DNA of 64,000 nt from a bacterium. Its GTDB lineage: Bacteria > Patescibacteriota > Microgenomatia > Curtissbacterales > GWA2-41-24. The stretch covers positions 7,800 to 71,799 of the forward strand of contig JAKALT010000003.1 of assembly GCA_021813125.1 (NCBI GenBank), read 5' to 3'. The translations under genes and the position numbers were made by a program. Positions 18,029 to 25,539 of the stretch are shown here, piece after piece. Positions within the stretch are counted from its first letter, which is position 1. Each line of letters opens with the position of its first letter. The notes under the pieces were generated by a model. It saw nothing but the letters and a program-made list of their open reading frames with translations, was not told the DNA's origin and ran no database searches.

Positions 18029-18829
18029 TTAATTTGTGAATTTAAATGTCGAAAGGATTTGGTCAAAAAGATTCTTATCCTTTAAAAGAACGGAATAAAT
18101 CTCAATTGTTTTATTTTTATCTTTATTTGGGACCCAGGCGTGTATTTGGCCATTTCCATCAACTCTCCAATAGACAAGATGTCCATTCAGATTAATTTTT
18201 TTGCTTTCTTTAATTTCCATCGGTATGCAACCAATCTCACTATTGCCATCACCACTCCCTCCACACGGAGTACTTTGCCATTGTTCTTCTGCATATTCCT
18301 TGCTTCCATCGTTCCATTCGATAATACTTATATCGATTGCATTATCACCCATTGAAACATCATCCATCTCATTCACAGTCCAATTACCTGGATAAGAAAT
18401 TTGATACAAATTGTCTTTAGATTTGTATGTTTTCCAATTCGCCGTTTCGTTGGTTGTGTTTTTGGTTTGCTGGATTTGACTCTTGAGAAGTATAGGTGTG
18501 CTTTCTTTTAGCTTTACAGTTCCAAGAAAAGATACAAAATATATGTTTTTAGTACTTTTTCCGTCGCAGATAACATATAGGGTAGTTTCTTTACCAAATG
18601 GTGGCACTAAACCTAATTGTTCAGGTAAAGTAGGCTTTTTCCAATATGGATTAATTATAGGTGGTGCATATTCATTCTGCGTTAACTGGCGACAGGATGG
18701 ATTGAGGGATTTTAAGGCTTTTTGATAGGCAAATTGGTTAGTTATCCATGGCGCCCAAGCAGTGATATAAATCAATGAAATTAGAACAATTAATCCTACA
18801 ATAATAATTTGTACAAAGCCTTTTTTCAT
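18029..18829 (-). CDS. array paralog, single-domain member, subtype MKKGF
   Basis: MKKGFVQIIIVGLIVLISLIYITAWAPW anchor (closest paralog of 13422..14258), ETANWKTYKSKDNLYQISYPGNW motif and C-terminal ILSTFKFTN. Confidence 0.7.
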   Translation of the reverse strand: MKKGFVQIIIVGLIVLISLIYITAWAPWITNQFAYQKALKSLNPSCRQLTQNEYAPPIINPYWKKPTLPEQLGLVPPFGKETTLYVICDGKSTKNIYFVSFLGTVKLKESTPILLKSQIQQTKNTTNETANWKTYKSKDNLYQISYPGNWTVNEMDDVSMGDNAIDISIIEWNDGSKEYAEEQWQSTPCGGSGDGNSEIGCIPMEIKESKKINLNGHLVYWRVDGNGQIHAWVPNKDKNKTIEIYSVLLKDKNLFDQILSTFKFTN

Positions 18830-19518
18830 AGGAATTTGAAGGTGGTCAGGATTTGTAGTAATAGTTTTCTATCATCTATGCTAGGTAATTGTTTAGAATA
18901 GAGTTGAAAATCTGCACCGTTAGTACCATTCATTTGAGGAAATAATACCCAATGTCCGTCATTAAAAACTATTTCGTTTGATTTTACAGAATTACCATTA
19001 AATTCTACTTGTACTTCATTCCATGATTTATAACCACCGCTTCCTATAGTGTAAGTACTAGTTTTTGTTATTAATTCATGGGGACTTGTTCCAACAACTG
19101 TATTATATGTAAATTGTATATCTTGATAGTTATCCTTATTAATAATTTTTTGCATATCTATAATCTCATTTGGATTTCCTTCTGGTCGAACCTGTTTCCA
19201 GTCAACTGGCGCTTTCACCGAAAAATTTTTTGATATATACGTTTTCCAGTTTGCGGTTGTGTCGGAAATGGAAGTTTGCTGAGGTTGCCAGCCTGTACAA
19301 TCAGGACTGCTTTGAACAGTGTCAGGTTTTGTAAACATACAAATACAACCGCTACCAGTTTTCGTTTCGCACTCTGCTTGTGTCGGATAAGAAACTATAT
19401 TTTTGTTAGTAGTTTGAGGCTGAGTTTTTGGTTCGAGTTGCCAAACGGCAACTGCGGACAATGCTATGATTGCTATTACTAGAATAATTATTAAAATCGG
19501 TGCGAAACCTTTTTTCAT
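18826..19518 (-). CDS. array paralog, single-domain member, subtype MKKGF
   Basis: MKKGFAPILIIILVIAIIAL anchor, TANWKTYISKNFSVKAPVDW motif and C-terminal ILTTFKFL. Confidence 0.7.
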   Translation of the reverse strand: MKKGFAPILIIILVIAIIALSAVAVWQLEPKTQPQTTNKNIVSYPTQAECETKTGSGCICMFTKPDTVQSSPDCTGWQPQQTSISDTTANWKTYISKNFSVKAPVDWKQVRPEGNPNEIIDMQKIINKDNYQDIQFTYNTVVGTSPHELITKTSTYTIGSGGYKSWNEVQVEFNGNSVKSNEIVFNDGHWVLFPQMNGTNGADFQLYSKQLPSIDDRKLLLQILTTFKFL

Positions 19519-19543
19519 AGGAATTTAACTGTACAGAGAATCA

Positions 19544-20557
19544 TTATTTTATAGCCTCATAGGTTGATAAAATCTCCAGCAAAATATTTCTATTAGTTTT
19601 AGTAGGAGGATTTGCCACAACATATGTATCCGCCTGAACTCCTTTAGGCCTGAATAAACCCCAAGACTCCTTTGTGTTGGTAACTAAATGACACGCTGGT
19701 ACATCGCCATCTTTCAACCGAATTTTTTCAAAGTCAACACTACAAGCACCTCCGAGACCAGATCCCCAGATAAAATCTATAGAACCTTCCTTACCGCTTA
19801 AAGTTGAATCCGGATTCCCCTGCCACTTGTCTAAATATTCAAGCTTCCAAGCGGGAGGGTATTTAATTTGAAATTTTGCTTCTTCATTTGTATACGTTTT
19901 CCAATTCGCCGTTTCGTCGGAAGTAAATTTAAATGTCGAGAGGATTTGGTTAAAAAGCGGATTTGGTAATTTGTTTGAATAATGATGAATAAAAAAGAGT
20001 TTGTCGCCTTTTGTAACAACAACATCCTCTTGCTGTGCCATAACGTTTTTATAAATTATCTCTAAGGCTTTATTGCCGTTAATTTCAGTATTTTTTATAG
20101 AACCAATTTTACCCTGCGAAAAATAATCAGGACATGCTTTTTTTACGTAATCTTCGGGTGAAATTTTTCCAACATTGTCCGCAACGCTTAAACTTACCCA
20201 CAAGTCTCCCAAAAATTCCGTTTCCGGTCCTAATTTTTTATAATCTGCGGGATAAATTTTTATATCTACAATACCTTTTGTATTTGCACAGAGCTGTTTC
20301 CCCTCAACACTATCCTTAAACTCCACCGGTTTTTCTTCGGGGTATTTTAGGGAAAAACCGTACTTAGAATTTGTATACGTTTTCCAATTTGCCGTCTCAT
20401 CCACTGAAGCCAAAGGGGAAGCTTGTGTTTCGGCTTTTTGGCTAACTGCCGGAGTTTTCTTGATGAATTTCTGGTATCCGAAAGTTGCGGCCGCACCAAA
20501 AACAAGTGCAATTATGGCAACAATAATAATTGCTGCAAACCCTCGGGCAGGTTTCAT
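19544..20557 (-). CDS. array paralog, two-domain member, subtype MKPARGF
   Basis: MKPARGFAAIIIVAIIALVFGAAATFGYQKFIKK N-terminus with two motif copies (ETANWKTYTNSKYGFSLKYP and ETANWKTYTNEEAKFQIKYPPAW). The junction reads ILSTFKFTSDE and the protein ends ILSTYEAIK. Confidence 0.7.
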   Translation of the reverse strand: MKPARGFAAIIIVAIIALVFGAAATFGYQKFIKKTPAVSQKAETQASPLASVDETANWKTYTNSKYGFSLKYPEEKPVEFKDSVEGKQLCANTKGIVDIKIYPADYKKLGPETEFLGDLWVSLSVADNVGKISPEDYVKKACPDYFSQGKIGSIKNTEINGNKALEIIYKNVMAQQEDVVVTKGDKLFFIHHYSNKLPNPLFNQILSTFKFTSDETANWKTYTNEEAKFQIKYPPAWKLEYLDKWQGNPDSTLSGKEGSIDFIWGSGLGGACSVDFEKIRLKDGDVPACHLVTNTKESWGLFRPKGVQADTYVVANPPTKTNRNILLEILSTYEAIK

Positions 20558-20630
20558 CTAACTTAATCGTAGCTCTCAAACGGCCAATTATTCAATTGCC
20601 AAAGTCCAAAACGGCTGTTAACATCAGTAC

Positions 20631-22619
20631 GTGACTGGTTCACTTGAAAACTATTTGAAAAAAGGTATTGATTTCTGCCTTTTAGCTCTTGCCGTTGCAA
20701 CCCCTTTTATTTTTACAACCCAAACAACGGAACTATTTGAAGTTCCTAAAATGTTTTTCGTTTATTTGGTTTCAACATTGCTCTTCTTCCTGCTGGTTTC
20801 CAAATCTTTAATAGAAAGAAAAATTACATTTCCAATTGGCCCGGCAACAATTGCCTTTGGTATTTTTCTTCTGACCCAAATTGCCTCGACCATAACATCG
20901 CAAGACAAGTATCTTTCAATCTTTGGCTACCCTACGCGCCTAAACGGCGGGCTGCTTTCGCTAATTTCCTATTTTGTGATCTTTATTGCGGCAATTACCC
21001 AACTTGATAAAATTCGCGCAAACCGAATTCTTTTGGCTCTGGTAATTTCCGCAACGGCCGTGTCGCTATGGGGCATCCCTGCCCATTTCGGTTTCGACCC
21101 TTCTTGTTACGTTTTAACGGGAAACCTCAATTCCGGCTGCTGGACTGCAGACTTCAATCCGATGCTTAGGATTTTCTCTACCTTAGGCCAACCGAATTGG
21201 CTTGCGTCTTACTTGGTCTTGGCCTTACCGATCTCGCTCACCCACTTTCTACTTTTTAAATCCAGTAAGGCAAAACTTTTCTTTGGGGCTGCCGCGGCAT
21301 TAATTTTTATGGCATTAGTTTTAACAACTTCGCGGGCCGGAATTCTTGGCGCAGTAATCTCCATTGCGATTTTTGCTGCCTTTCTTGGCGGAAAACTGCT
21401 GAAGGAAAATCTGAAAATCGTAGCTGGAATTCTGGCAGTATTTGTTGTCATTTGGCTGGCATTCGGAACAGCCTTAACTTCCAGAATTGCAGAAGCCCTA
21501 ACGGCCAACAAATCCAAAATCAGCTCGCCGCTTGCAAATACCCTAACAAAACCAAGCCAGTCTGCGCTAACTACCGGCGGAACCGAATCCAGCCAAATCC
21601 GCTTTATCGTCTGGCAGGGTGCTTTAAAAGTTTTCCAAAGGTGGCCGATTTTGGGAAGCGGCCCGGAAACTTTCGTTAACAGCTATTACCTTTTCCGCCC
21701 GGCCACCCACAACCAAACCACCGAATGGAAATTCTTCTACAACAAAGCCCACAACGAATTCCTAAACTATCTTGCAACAACCGGGGTCGTTGGTCTTCTC
21801 GGATATTTAGGGCTGCTTCTGGCAATATTCTGGCAGCTTGCCAAAAAAGCGGCAGGAGAAAAATCAACGCTTGCGGCTTTAGCCGGATACCAGGTAACTA
21901 TCTTTTTCGGTTTCTCGACAGTTGCCACTCAAACTGTTTTTTTCTTGGCAGCCGCATCCGCACTCGCCGCAACCGGGGTTGAAAAAACTAAAACGCAAAG
22001 TCTAAAACTTGAAAAAATTCCATTGTATACTGCTGTCTCTTTAACGGCTGTTTTTTCACTATACCTTTTAACATTCATCTTAAGGTTGGCACTTGCCGAC
22101 ACCATCCAAAAACGTGCCGAAAGTTACCAGGAAACCGCACCAAGCCGAGCTCTTATAATATTCGACAACGCCCAAACCGCCTCACCTGCCGATAATCCTT
22201 ATTTGTCATCAGCTTTTGCCTACGCCCTGGCTGCATATGCAACGGACGTGAAGGATGAAAATTCCGCCCAAAAATTGGTAAACCGCGCAGATGCTCTTGC
22301 CCGCGCAACACAAAAAATAGCTCCCAACAATTTCCTGACAACATTAGACATTGCCAAAACCTACCTGCTTCTTTCCCAAAAAAATGAAAAATTCCAAGGC
22401 CAGGCCGAACATTTTGCCCAAAAGCTTCCGCAAATGGCTCCAACTTACCCTGTTTCTTACCTGCAACTTGCAAAAACACAAATAGCCCTAGACAAAAAAG
22501 CTGATGCTCAAAAGTCACTCCAAACCGCACTCGAGCTAAGGCCGGATTACGCAGAAGCCAAAGAGCTACTTGATCAGCTAAATAGTCACCAGCAACCAGA
22601 GACCAGCAACCAGAAATAA
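20631..22619 (+). CDS. polytopic membrane protein with O-antigen ligase-like (Wzy_C-type) core and a C-terminal TPR-like region
   Basis: 662 aa with more than 10 predicted TM helices and a large periplasmic loop region, followed by an alpha-helical repeat region (AKTYLLLSQKNEKFQGQAEHFAQKL..LQTALELRPDYAEAKELL). This architecture is typical of Wzy_C/O-antigen-ligase-like proteins. A CCAG-heptad repeat is encoded in-frame at the C-terminus (QQPETSNQK). Confidence 0.55.
   Translation: MTGSLENYLKKGIDFCLLALAVATPFIFTTQTTELFEVPKMFFVYLVSTLLFFLLVSKSLIERKITFPIGPATIAFGIFLLTQIASTITSQDKYLSIFGYPTRLNGGLLSLISYFVIFIAAITQLDKIRANRILLALVISATAVSLWGIPAHFGFDPSCYVLTGNLNSGCWTADFNPMLRIFSTLGQPNWLASYLVLALPISLTHFLLFKSSKAKLFFGAAAALIFMALVLTTSRAGILGAVISIAIFAAFLGGKLLKENLKIVAGILAVFVVIWLAFGTALTSRIAEALTANKSKISSPLANTLTKPSQSALTTGGTESSQIRFIVWQGALKVFQRWPILGSGPETFVNSYYLFRPATHNQTTEWKFFYNKAHNEFLNYLATTGVVGLLGYLGLLLAIFWQLAKKAAGEKSTLAALAGYQVTIFFGFSTVATQTVFFLAAASALAATGVEKTKTQSLKLEKIPLYTAVSLTAVFSLYLLTFILRLALADTIQKRAESYQETAPSRALIIFDNAQTASPADNPYLSSAFAYALAAYATDVKDENSAQKLVNRADALARATQKIAPNNFLTTLDIAKTYLLLSQKNEKFQGQAEHFAQKLPQMAPTYPVSYLQLAKTQIALDKKADAQKSLQTALELRPDYAEAKELLDQLNSHQQPETSNQK
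22586..22614. repeat. CCAG-heptad repeat copy at the 3' end of the Wzy-like gene
   Basis: CACCAGCAACCAGAGACCAGCAACCAG. Confidence 0.6.
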
Positions 22620-22982
22620 ATGGACAAAGCGAATAAAGGATATCGAAATTTAATTGCCTGGCAGTTTGCAAATAAACTGGCACACGAAATTTATGATGCG
22701 ACAGCAGATTTTCCAAAACAAGAAGTGTTCAGTTTAACAAGCCAAATGAAAAGAGCAGCAGTGTCAGTTCCGGCAAACATTGCAGAAGGTTACATGAGAA
22801 AAAGTCAAAAAGAAAAAAGGCGTTTTTATAACATATCTCTCGGATCGCTAACTGAACTTGAGTACTATATAGACTTTGCTTTTGAAAGAAGTTATTATAA
22901 AAATACAATTTATAACAAATTGTCTGCCCTTCAAACTGAAACCGCCAAGATTCTTACAGGTTTAACAAAATCTCTAAAATAA
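22620..22982 (+). CDS. four-helix-bundle protein (23S rRNA intervening-sequence protein family)
   Basis: 120 aa reading GYRNLIAWQFANKLAHEIYDATADFPKQEVFSLTSQMKRAAVSVPANIAEGYMRKSQKEKRRFYNISLGSLTELEYY, the characteristic signature of this family. It starts immediately after the upstream stop codon. Confidence 0.6.
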   Translation: MDKANKGYRNLIAWQFANKLAHEIYDATADFPKQEVFSLTSQMKRAAVSVPANIAEGYMRKSQKEKRRFYNISLGSLTELEYYIDFAFERSYYKNTIYNKLSALQTETAKILTGLTKSLK

Positions 22983-22985
22983 CCT

Positions 22986-23010
22986 GCTAACTGGTCTCTG
23001 GCAACTGGAA
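22986..23010. repeat. CCAG-heptad repeat copy (CTGG orientation) in the 31-nt spacer upstream of glyA
   Basis: CTAACTGGTCTCTGGCAACTGG followed by AAACTATG. Confidence 0.55.
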
Positions 23011-23013
23011 ACT

Positions 23014-24333
23014 ATGACACTAACAAAAACCGATCCCCAAATCGCCAAGCTTATTCTTGCCGAAGAAAAGCGCCAAAAAGAAGTATTGGAAATGATCCCT
23101 TCCGAAAATTACGCGTCTGCTGCAGTTAGGTCGGCACTCGGAACGGTCCTCAACAACAAATACTCCGAGGGCTATCCCAAAAAAAGGTATTACCAGGGCA
23201 ATAAAATTGTAGACGAAGTTGAATTGCTGGCAATCGAACGAGCCAAAAAACTTTTCGGTGTTCCCTATGTTAATGTCCAGGCGCTTTCAGGATCACCTGC
23301 CAACTTGGCGGTTTATGTTGCCCTCCTGGAACCGCAAAAGGATAAAATCATGGGTCTTTCTTTGGCTTTTGGCGGACATTTAACCCATGGCCAGCCGCAA
23401 TCCGTCACCGGAAAGTTTTTCAAATCGGTCCTTTATGAACTAGGAAAAGACGGCAGATTGGATTTTGCAGCAATCGAAAAACAGGCATTAAAAGAAAAAC
23501 CCAAAATTATAGTCTGCGGCTTTACCGCATATCCGAGAATTATCGACTTTAAAAAGTTTGCGGCTATCGCCGATAAAGTAGGTGCCTACCTGCTTGCCGA
23601 CATTTCCCACATCGCCGGCCTTGTTGTTGCCGGTGTTCACCCGTCTCCCGCTCCGTATGCTCACATCATTACCACCACAACCCACAAAACTTTGCGAGGG
23701 CCGCGCGGGGCTTTAATTATGGTAACCGCAAAAGGTTTGAAAAAAGACGCGGACTTGGGCAAAAAAATCGACAGTGCCATTATCCCCGGAATTCAGGGAG
23801 GCCCGCACGACGACCAAACCGCCGCAATTGCCGTTGCACTGAAAGAAGCGGCAACTCCTGCTTTCAAAAAATATTCCGCTCAGATTGTTAAAAACACTAA
23901 AACGCTGGCCACAGAATTGACAAAATTCGGCTTCAACCTTGTTTCCGGCGGCTCGGACAATCACTTGATATTAATTGATTTAAAAAACAAAGGTGTAAAC
24001 GGTGCAATCGCAGCCTATGCGCTGGAAGTTGCCAATATTGTCGTCAACAAAAACGGGGTTCCTTTTGATACTATGCCCCCATTCTATCCATCCGGCATCC
24101 GTCTTGGAACTCCGGCCATTACCACCCGCGGAATGAAAGAAGCCGAAATGAAAAAAATCGCCGCCTGGATGAGGCGGGTTATAGAAGAAGTCAAAAATGA
24201 AAAACTTCCACAAGATAAAGAAAAACGCTCGAATTTTCTGAAAAACTTCCGCGACCGCGCCAACAAAAACAAAAATCTCCTGCAAATCGCAAAAGAGGTT
24301 AAAACCTTGACCGGCAAATTCCTAATACCATGA
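23014..24333 (+). CDS. glyA: serine hydroxymethyltransferase
   Basis: 439 aa with the SHMT N-terminal signature (PSENYASAAVRSALGTVLNNKYSEGYP) and the PLP-lysine region TTTTHKTLRGPRGALIM. Confidence 0.9.
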   Translation: MTLTKTDPQIAKLILAEEKRQKEVLEMIPSENYASAAVRSALGTVLNNKYSEGYPKKRYYQGNKIVDEVELLAIERAKKLFGVPYVNVQALSGSPANLAVYVALLEPQKDKIMGLSLAFGGHLTHGQPQSVTGKFFKSVLYELGKDGRLDFAAIEKQALKEKPKIIVCGFTAYPRIIDFKKFAAIADKVGAYLLADISHIAGLVVAGVHPSPAPYAHIITTTTHKTLRGPRGALIMVTAKGLKKDADLGKKIDSAIIPGIQGGPHDDQTAAIAVALKEAATPAFKKYSAQIVKNTKTLATELTKFGFNLVSGGSDNHLILIDLKNKGVNGAIAAYALEVANIVVNKNGVPFDTMPPFYPSGIRLGTPAITTRGMKEAEMKKIAAWMRRVIEEVKNEKLPQDKEKRSNFLKNFRDRANKNKNLLQIAKEVKTLTGKFLIP

Positions 24334-24644
24334 CCCGAGAAAGACTAGGACCAGAAGTCCAACCCCAACAAGCGCAAAATGAAGCAATAAGGCTTAGGAG
24401 ACAAGCCCAAAATTGGTATAGAATAGCCACTTTATTCTTGGTTCTAGGGATCACGACTACAATGGGTGGACTAATTATGGGAAGCGAAGGTAGAAAAGAC
24501 AAAGCATCTGAAATAGTAACAACAACCGGCCTCTCACTCCTGGTAGGAGGCGCGGCAACAACTAGAATAGCTGTAAACCTGGACACGCGGGCCAAATCTA
24601 AAGAAAACACCCAAAAAGCTATAAACAAAATTAATTCTGTGTAA
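24330..24644 (+). CDS. hypothetical small membrane protein
   Basis: 104 aa with two hydrophobic segments. Its Gly/Ala/Thr-rich TM segments are similar to those of the next two ORFs, so the three are probably paralogs. Confidence 0.35.
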   Translation: MTRERLGPEVQPQQAQNEAIRLRRQAQNWYRIATLFLVLGITTTMGGLIMGSEGRKDKASEIVTTTGLSLLVGGAATTRIAVNLDTRAKSKENTQKAINKINSV

Positions 24645-24677
24645 ACAAACCGATTTCCGATCCCGCAAAATCCAGCC

Positions 24678-24908
24678 ATGGCCGAACGATACATTCCAAG
24701 AAAAGCAAGGATTCTAGGAGAAGTAACAATGGTAGTTGCCGGAATCGCAACAGCCACAGCCGGCGGTTTTATTGTTCATCAAAATGCCGAGAAGAACGAC
24801 AATAAAGCAGTAGCCGGAAGCATAGTCATGCTTGCGGGTGGTACAGCGACAATGCTCGCCGGCGGAATGCTAACAAGAGAGGATCAAAATTCAAAACCAC
24901 AAGAATAA
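24678..24908 (+). CDS. hypothetical small membrane protein
   Basis: 76 aa with two TM segments (VVAGIATATAGGF and IVMLAGGTATMLAGG). Confidence 0.35.
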   Translation: MAERYIPRKARILGEVTMVVAGIATATAGGFIVHQNAEKNDNKAVAGSIVMLAGGTATMLAGGMLTREDQNSKPQE

Positions 24909-24983
24909 CTTTTGAAACTTAAAAAGTATCTATAAAAAGAGAGTCCTTGACCAGCAGGTTCCCAATACCTTAAAATTCCCTCC

Positions 24984-25499
24984 GTGAGTGAACGTCGATT
25001 ACATATTCTCAGGGCAGGCACTCTTATAGCAACACCACTTGCAGTAGTTGGGTCGGTAGCTTTTGCCCACGGCAAGAACGTAGAAAATTCCGGTTTCAAG
25101 AACAGACAAACCCAGAAGGACGCTATTTCCAGACAAGTCGACGAACTTTTCCCGTCTTATGACCAAACCGCAGTTGAAAATTCATCACTACTTATTACCC
25201 ATATCCAGCACGAACTAGCCACTTTAATTGCGGAAGGAAAAATTGACGACGCGAAAAACACTTTAAATGATAACCGTGAGGGCATTAAACAACTAGGTCT
25301 AATTCAAGAAAACGAAGGTTTAAAAAACAGCATCAAATCGGAAATCATCGATAAAAAAGATCTCACAGAGCGCGGTAAAGGTAGTTGGTATACCCTTGCA
25401 GGTGCCAGTGCCATTGTTGCTGGAGCCATGTCTTTCCTTTCCGGAGCAGTAGGAGAAGCCAGCTACGTACTCACGCGAAGGAAACAAAAATCAGCCTAA
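24984..25499 (+). CDS. hypothetical protein with C-terminal TM segment (GTG start)
   Basis: 171 aa with a C-terminal LAGASAIVAGAMSFLSGAVG segment similar to the two preceding small ORFs. Confidence 0.35.
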   Translation: MSERRLHILRAGTLIATPLAVVGSVAFAHGKNVENSGFKNRQTQKDAISRQVDELFPSYDQTAVENSSLLITHIQHELATLIAEGKIDDAKNTLNDNREGIKQLGLIQENEGLKNSIKSEIIDKKDLTERGKGSWYTLAGASAIVAGAMSFLSGAVGEASYVLTRRKQKSA

Positions 25500-25502
25500 A
25501 GC

Positions 25503-25521
25503 ACTGGTAACTGGTCACTGG
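25503..25521. repeat. CCAG-heptad repeat copy (CTGG orientation) in the spacer upstream of folD
   Basis: CTGGTAACTGGTCACTGG followed by AAACTATAAACTAT. Confidence 0.55.
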
Positions 25522-25539
25522 AAACTATAAACTATCCTC

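Noticed and set aside
6949-20557. Possibility that the array N-termini (MKKGFAPILIII) are prepilin signal peptides, making the array a set of pilins
   Set aside because: Gly-Phe is present but Glu at +5 is absent in every member. Genuine pilins in the same window (GFTLIEV) have it. A signal anchor or Sec-type signal is more likely.
24299-24757. 152-aa ORF on the - strand
   Set aside because: It is antisense to two small membrane-protein genes and the glyA 3' end. The coding sense on the + strand is supported by paralogy among the + strand ORFs.
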